This document shows positions 59,345 to 64,000 of a stretch of 64,000 nt of DNA, piece after piece. The stretch is from Candidatus Eiseniibacteriota bacterium. GTDB taxonomy: Bacteria > Eisenbacteria > RBG-16-71-46 > CAZAMP01. The translations under genes and the position numbers were made by a program. How positions within the stretch are numbered: the first letter of the stretch is position 1; each line of letters opens with the position of its first letter. The notes beneath the pieces were generated by a model. That model did no database searches, was not told the DNA's origin, and saw only the letters and a program-made list of their open reading frames with translations. The DNA lies in the NCBI GenBank assembly GCA_965224245.1, contig OZ245046.1, positions 6,176,001 to 6,240,000 on the forward strand, read 5' to 3'.

Positions 59345-60400
59345 ATGCCGCAACGTCAGCGGGGCGAACGCCCACGAGCCATCAACCCGGGCACCATGCG
59401 CCGCGTCACCCGCATCGCTCTCAGGGCCGCCCTGGCGGTAACTCTCCTGGCCCTGGTCTTTCGGTTCATTCCACTCACGGGCGTGGCCGCTGCGCTCGGG
59501 AACACGGAGCCGGGCTACCTTCTCCTGGGCATCGGTCTCCAGTTCGTCATGCGCGTGGTGGCCACGGTTCGCATGCGCGTCATCACCGCCGACCAGGGAA
59601 TGAGCCTGGGTCACGTGGCGCTGTTCCGGATTCTGCTGGCAACCCAGTTCTACTCACAGCTCTTGCCGGGCTCGATCGTGGGTGGCGGCGCCACCTGGCT
59701 CAAGTGCGTGCAGTCGGGGGCCAGCACCGATGCCGCTCTGGCCGCCGTCATCCTCCATCGGGGCATCAGCACGATGGTGGCGATCGGCGTGGGCTCGGCT
59801 GCGTGGCTGCTCCGGCGCGGTGAGATGACGCCCCCGGCCATTGCCGTTTCGCTCGCGATCTTGATCGCCTTGTGCGCCCTGGCGGTCGTGCGGGTGCCGG
59901 TTCGCATGGAGTCCGTCTCGATCCGCACGGGGCGTGTTCGGCGATGGCTTCATCGGGTGTTACGCCGCCTTCTGCGTTTTCATCACATCCCCGTGCGCGG
60001 GAAGCTGGTCGTCATCTTCGATTCGTTCGTGTACGAGACGGTCGCCGCGATGGCGTTCTGGTCCTTCGCGGCGGCGCTGTCCATCGAGCTCCATCCGCTC
60101 GATGCGGTGTGGATCCGTGTCGCGCTGCAGCTGGTGCTGATGGCCCCCGTGACGATCGCCGGTCTCGGCGTCCGCGAGGCCAGCCTGGTCGGCCTGGGCA
60201 GCCTGGTGGGTGTCGGCGCCTCCGACGGCGTGGCGTGGTCGCTCCTGGTGCTCGCCGGGACACAGGTCGTGGCGATCGCCGGTGGTCTGATCGAGGCCCA
60301 TGCGACGGCCGGCATCGCGTCGCGGCGCCTGGTCACGCGCAGGGCTCCCGACGCCGGCCCCGATCTCGCCTCCGGCCGAGAGGGTGGCCATACTCGATGA
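59345..60400 (+). CDS. Lysylphosphatidylglycerol-synthase-TM / flippase-like membrane protein
   Basis: Multi-TM; FYSQLLPGSIVGG and PVTIAGLGVREA signatures; start uncertain (59345 or 59396). Confidence 0.85.
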   Translation: MPQRQRGERPRAINPGTMRRVTRIALRAALAVTLLALVFRFIPLTGVAAALGNTEPGYLLLGIGLQFVMRVVATVRMRVITADQGMSLGHVALFRILLATQFYSQLLPGSIVGGGATWLKCVQSGASTDAALAAVILHRGISTMVAIGVGSAAWLLRRGEMTPPAIAVSLAILIALCALAVVRVPVRMESVSIRTGRVRRWLHRVLRRLLRFHHIPVRGKLVVIFDSFVYETVAAMAFWSFAAALSIELHPLDAVWIRVALQLVLMAPVTIAGLGVREASLVGLGSLVGVGASDGVAWSLLVLAGTQVVAIAGGLIEAHATAGIASRRLVTRRAPDAGPDLASGREGGHTR

Positions 60401-61479
60401 GCGTCCCCGCCGTGTCGCTCTGCGTCATCAATCACAATGGCGCCGCGCATCTACGCCGGGCCCTCACGGCGCTGGACGGTCTGGGATGGTCGTTCGGGGA
60501 GGTCCTCGTCGTGGACAACGCATCCGAGGACGACAGCCTGGACGCGGTCGCCGCTTGCTGTCCTCACGCTCGACTCGTCGCCTTGCCCCGGAATCTGGGT
60601 CCGGGAGGGGCGCGCAATGCGGGCTTCGCGTCGGCCCGGAACGACCTCGTTCTGTTTCAGGACAACGACGTCGCCCTGTGTCCCGGAGCCGTGAAGCGGC
60701 TGGTCGACCGCATGCGAGAGAACGAGCGGGTACTTGCCGTGGCTCCGCGGGTCCTTCATGCATCCGATCCGGAACGGGTGCAGTTCGACAGCGCGGATTG
60801 CCACTTCTCCGGCTTCATGATGACCCGCAACGCCGAGGCGTCCGTCGGATCCCTGACGAGTCGCTCCCCGGATCACCAGGCCACCCGGACGACCTCGCTC
60901 GTGACGGCCTGTTTCCTTCTCGATGGAAGTCGCTGGTCCGGTGGCCCGCTGTTCGATGACTCGCTGGGCTTCAATCTGGAGGACCACGACTTCGGTGTCC
61001 GGGCCAGCGTCTCCGGGCACGAGCTGTGGGTCGAGCCCGAGGCGACCGTGCTGCACGGCGGGGGCACGCCGGGCCTGTCGCTTCGGGACGGTCAACGACC
61101 GAGTGAACCGCGTCTGTTCTACCTGATCCGGAATCGCTGGATCGTGATCGCGAAGTGCTTCTCCGTGCGGACCCTGGTACTACTGGCGCCGGCTCTCGCG
61201 CTGGTCGAATGTATGCTCCTGGGATGGCTGGTCATCCATGGACGGGGTGCGATCTGGACTCGGGCGGTCCGCTCGTTCTCGGGCCGGCGTCGGACGGTGT
61301 GGGCACAGCGGCGCGACGTTCAGCGCGGACGGCGGCGGGGCGATGCGTGCATCCTTCGCGACGGACCGCTTCCGCTGACCTCGCACGTGCGCCGGGGTTC
61401 ACTCGCGGCCCGGGTCCTGCCGATCGCGGAGCGGCTCCTGCGAGGCTACTGGCGCCTCGTTCGGCGGTGGATATGGTGA
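60397..61479 (+). CDS. Glycosyltransferase family 2
   Basis: VSLCVINHNG, VLVVDNASED, NLGPGGARNAG, FQDND, EDHDF; ATGA overlap. Confidence 0.92.
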   Translation: MSVPAVSLCVINHNGAAHLRRALTALDGLGWSFGEVLVVDNASEDDSLDAVAACCPHARLVALPRNLGPGGARNAGFASARNDLVLFQDNDVALCPGAVKRLVDRMRENERVLAVAPRVLHASDPERVQFDSADCHFSGFMMTRNAEASVGSLTSRSPDHQATRTTSLVTACFLLDGSRWSGGPLFDDSLGFNLEDHDFGVRASVSGHELWVEPEATVLHGGGTPGLSLRDGQRPSEPRLFYLIRNRWIVIAKCFSVRTLVLLAPALALVECMLLGWLVIHGRGAIWTRAVRSFSGRRRTVWAQRRDVQRGRRRGDACILRDGPLPLTSHVRRGSLAARVLPIAERLLRGYWRLVRRWIW

Positions 61480-61480
61480 G

Positions 61481-62671
61481 GTGTCGATGCGACTGCTGAC
61501 GATCGCCGCGTGTCCCTGCCCGTGGCCGCGAGGGACTCCGATTCGCATCCACCGCATGGCCGAGGCGCTGGTCGAACGCGGGCACGAGGTGCACGTCGCC
61601 ACCTATCCGCTCGGGGACGAACGCGTGCACGTTCCTTACCGGGTGCATCGTGTGAGCTCACGCGGCAGCCGGATGGACCCGCGGCCGGGCCCGTCGCTGA
61701 AGAAGCTCCTGTGGCTCGATCCCATGCTGCTCCGCAAGGTGATCCAGCTCCTGCGCACGCGTCGGTTCGACGTGATCCACGCGCACCACTACGAGGGCTT
61801 GATCGTGGCATTGCTTGCACGCCGCGTCGCCGGCGGTACTCCCATCCTCTTCGATTCGCATACGCTGCTGGGCACGGAGCTGTCGCATTACCCGCTGCCG
61901 TTCCCCGACGTCCTGACGGCGAGGCTCGGGAGCGCCCTCGACCGTGCCCTGCCGGCGCGCGCCGACCACGTGGTCGCGGTCACCGCACGCATGCGTGACT
62001 GGTTCGAGAGCGCCGCGTCGATCCCGGCGCATCGCCTCTCCTTGATCCCGAACGGGGTCGAGTACGACTACTTCCAGGCGGGCGCCCACGCTCGCTCCCC
62101 GACGCCATCCCGTGACGACACTCGAACGGTGCTGTTCGCGGGCAACCTGGCCCAGTATCAGGGGATCCCTCTTCTCCTCGAAGCCTTCGCCAGGCTGCAC
62201 GAGCTGAAGCCGCTCACGCGGCTGCAGCTCGTCACCGAGTCGTCACTCGATCCGTGGCGACGGCGGATCGCGGAGCTCGGCATCGCCCACGCCGTGGAAG
62301 CGGTGTCGTCCGACTACGCCGAGCTTCCGGGCCGCCTGCGGTCCGCGGACGTCCTCGTGAACCCCCGCACCAACTGCGACGGGATTCCCCAGAAGCTGTT
62401 GAACTACATGGCCTCGGGGAGACCCATCGTCTCGTTCGAGGGCTCGGCGGCCGTGCTCGAACACGAACGTACCGGTCTGGTGGTGCCGGACGGGGACGTC
62501 GGGGCCTTCGCACTGGCCATGCAGCAGATCCTGGACGCGCCCGAGCGAGGAAGCGCACTCGGAAACGCAGCGCGCGATCACGTCGCCGTCTCACACAGCT
62601 GGCAGCATGCCGCGGAACAGATGGAGGGCGCTTGCCGGAGCTGCGTTGGAACCGGGGAGGGGCGCTCATGA
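61481..62671 (+). CDS. Glycosyltransferase family 4
   Basis: GHEVHV, DVIHAH, IPNGV, LFAGNLAQYQG, DGIPQKLLNYMASGRPIV, TGLVV. Confidence 0.92.
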   Translation: MSMRLLTIAACPCPWPRGTPIRIHRMAEALVERGHEVHVATYPLGDERVHVPYRVHRVSSRGSRMDPRPGPSLKKLLWLDPMLLRKVIQLLRTRRFDVIHAHHYEGLIVALLARRVAGGTPILFDSHTLLGTELSHYPLPFPDVLTARLGSALDRALPARADHVVAVTARMRDWFESAASIPAHRLSLIPNGVEYDYFQAGAHARSPTPSRDDTRTVLFAGNLAQYQGIPLLLEAFARLHELKPLTRLQLVTESSLDPWRRRIAELGIAHAVEAVSSDYAELPGRLRSADVLVNPRTNCDGIPQKLLNYMASGRPIVSFEGSAAVLEHERTGLVVPDGDVGAFALAMQQILDAPERGSALGNAARDHVAVSHSWQHAAEQMEGACRSCVGTGEGRS

Positions 62672-64000
62672 CGACGTCGCCGATCCTGCTCCTCGGGCTC
62701 GACGCGGCCGATGCCGACCTCATCACGACGTTGATCGCCGCCGGGGAGCTTCCCAACCTGGCGCGGCTGCGTGAGACGGGTCGATACGGGCGCCTCGCCA
62801 CCCCGGCCGATCACTACGCCGGCGCCGTGTGGCCGACGTTCTACACGGGGATGCACGTCCCCTGGCATGGCGCGTTCCACAACAAGCTGTGGCGACCGGA
62901 CTCCATGCGCGTCGAGGTCGCGGCGGAGCACTGGATCCGAAGTCGGCCGTTCTGGGAGGGGATCGATCCACACCTGCGCGTCTGCATCGTAGACGCTCCG
63001 ATGGTGCTCGGTGCTCCGAAGCGACTCAACGGAGTCTACCTCGGCGGCTGGGGCACTCACGACGTGATGCATCAGGGCTCCTGGCCGCGGGGCCTCTGGG
63101 GAGATCTCGTCCGCCGGTACGGTGCGCCGGCGATGCCGGCCGAGCACTTCGGGGCCCAGTCGCGGGCGTCGCTGATCACGCTGGCCTCGGCGCTGGAGGC
63201 CTCGACACGGCAGTTTCAGGACGTCGTCCTGGACGTGCTCCAGCGTGAGCGGTGGGACCTTGCCTGTGTCGTGTTTGGTGCTATGCATCGCGCGGGACAC
63301 TACCTGTGGGATGCTTCCCAGGTTGAAGACGCGCCGGACGGTGCGGCGGCCGATCGGGTCCGGTCGGGTCTCGGCGCGGTCTACGCAGCGGTCGATCGGG
63401 CGCTCGGGGCGATTCTCGATCGGACCGGCGAGGAGACACTCGTTCTCTGCTTTGCCGTGCATGGCATGGCGGCGAACCGGGGCTGGTCTGATCTGCTCCC
63501 CGATCTCCTGGCCGCGCTGGAGCACGCCGCGCTCGGCACGCGCCCCAGGCGTGGCTTGCTCCATGCGGTGAAGCGACGGGTCCCGCATCACTGGGTCCGG
63601 CCACTCCTGACGCGTCTCCCGGCCGCTGCCGCCGGACGCCTCGTGCCGCTGTGGTCCAGGGGCATGTTCGACTGGTCACGAACCCGGTTCTTTCCGATGC
63701 CGATGGATCAGGCGGGCTACCTGCGCGTGAACCTGCGCGGCAGGGAGGCCGCCGGAGTCGTGGATCGGGGCGCCGACTATGACGCCGTGTGCACGCAGCT
63801 GGAACGGTGGATGCTCAGCCTGCGTGACGAGGCCACTGGACGCGCACTGACCGATCGCGTCGAACGTGCCTACGCACGAGCCGACGAGGACGCGACGTAT
63901 CGTCATCTGCTGCCGGACCTGGTGGTCCCCTGGCATGGGCCCGCCGCGGCGGAGACGCGATCGGTGACCTCGACGGTGATCCCGGGGTTTCGGTATCGGG
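62668..64000 (+). CDS. Alkaline-phosphatase-superfamily (nucleotide pyrophosphatase-like) protein, runs off the window edge
   Basis: Manual translation gives MTTSPILLLGLDAAD...LPNLARL...WPTFYTG...HRAGHYLW...VHGM...RVNLRGRE..G; ATGA overlap with GT4; no stop seen before 64000. Confidence 0.88.
   Translation, partial: MTTSPILLLGLDAADADLITTLIAAGELPNLARLRETGRYGRLATPADHYAGAVWPTFYTGMHVPWHGAFHNKLWRPDSMRVEVAAEHWIRSRPFWEGIDPHLRVCIVDAPMVLGAPKRLNGVYLGGWGTHDVMHQGSWPRGLWGDLVRRYGAPAMPAEHFGAQSRASLITLASALEASTRQFQDVVLDVLQRERWDLACVVFGAMHRAGHYLWDASQVEDAPDGAAADRVRSGLGAVYAAVDRALGAILDRTGEETLVLCFAVHGMAANRGWSDLLPDLLAALEHAALGTRPRRGLLHAVKRRVPHHWVRPLLTRLPAAAAGRLVPLWSRGMFDWSRTRFFPMPMDQAGYLRVNLRGREAAGVVDRGADYDAVCTQLERWMLSLRDEATGRALTDRVERAYARADEDATYRHLLPDLVVPWHGPAAAETRSVTSTVIPGFRYR

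Noticed and set aside
1-64000. tRNA, rRNA or prophage genes
   Set aside because: No cloverleaf or rRNA signatures and no phage structural motifs recognised by eye; a tRNAscan/Infernal run would be needed to exclude them fully.

Overview
High-GC bacterial accessory region. Inference: an FCB-related candidate phylum such as Eisenbacteria, Krumholzibacteriota or Latescibacterota. About 16 genes encode secreted or surface proteins. Twelve end in a FlgD-Ig/T9SS-like C-terminal domain (CTD), three small ones end in a short P-x4-SW-x2-IK-x-[LV]-[YF] tail, and one is a Gly-rich lipoprotein. The window also holds a DUF1538x2/PII-like/CBS operon, a pentapeptide-TIR gene preceded by a remnant of a paralogue, a TrmB-S9-M28 peptidase operon, an intact and a decayed IS3-family element, an intact IS256 with an 8-bp target-site duplication (TSD), several truncated genes, and the start of a glycosyltransferase locus at the right edge. 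The main hidden structure is in the intergenic spacers. Most carry ends or internally deleted copies of two rve-integrase (IS3/IS481-like) element families, called F1 and F2 here (about 14 pieces, none intact). Their orientation relative to the neighbouring secreted-protein gene is consistent and each left end retains a -10-like box. This gives the region a cassette-array appearance without any integron integrase. I saw no tRNA, rRNA, CRISPR array or reverse transcriptase. Domain calls come from motif recognition by eye, not database searches.
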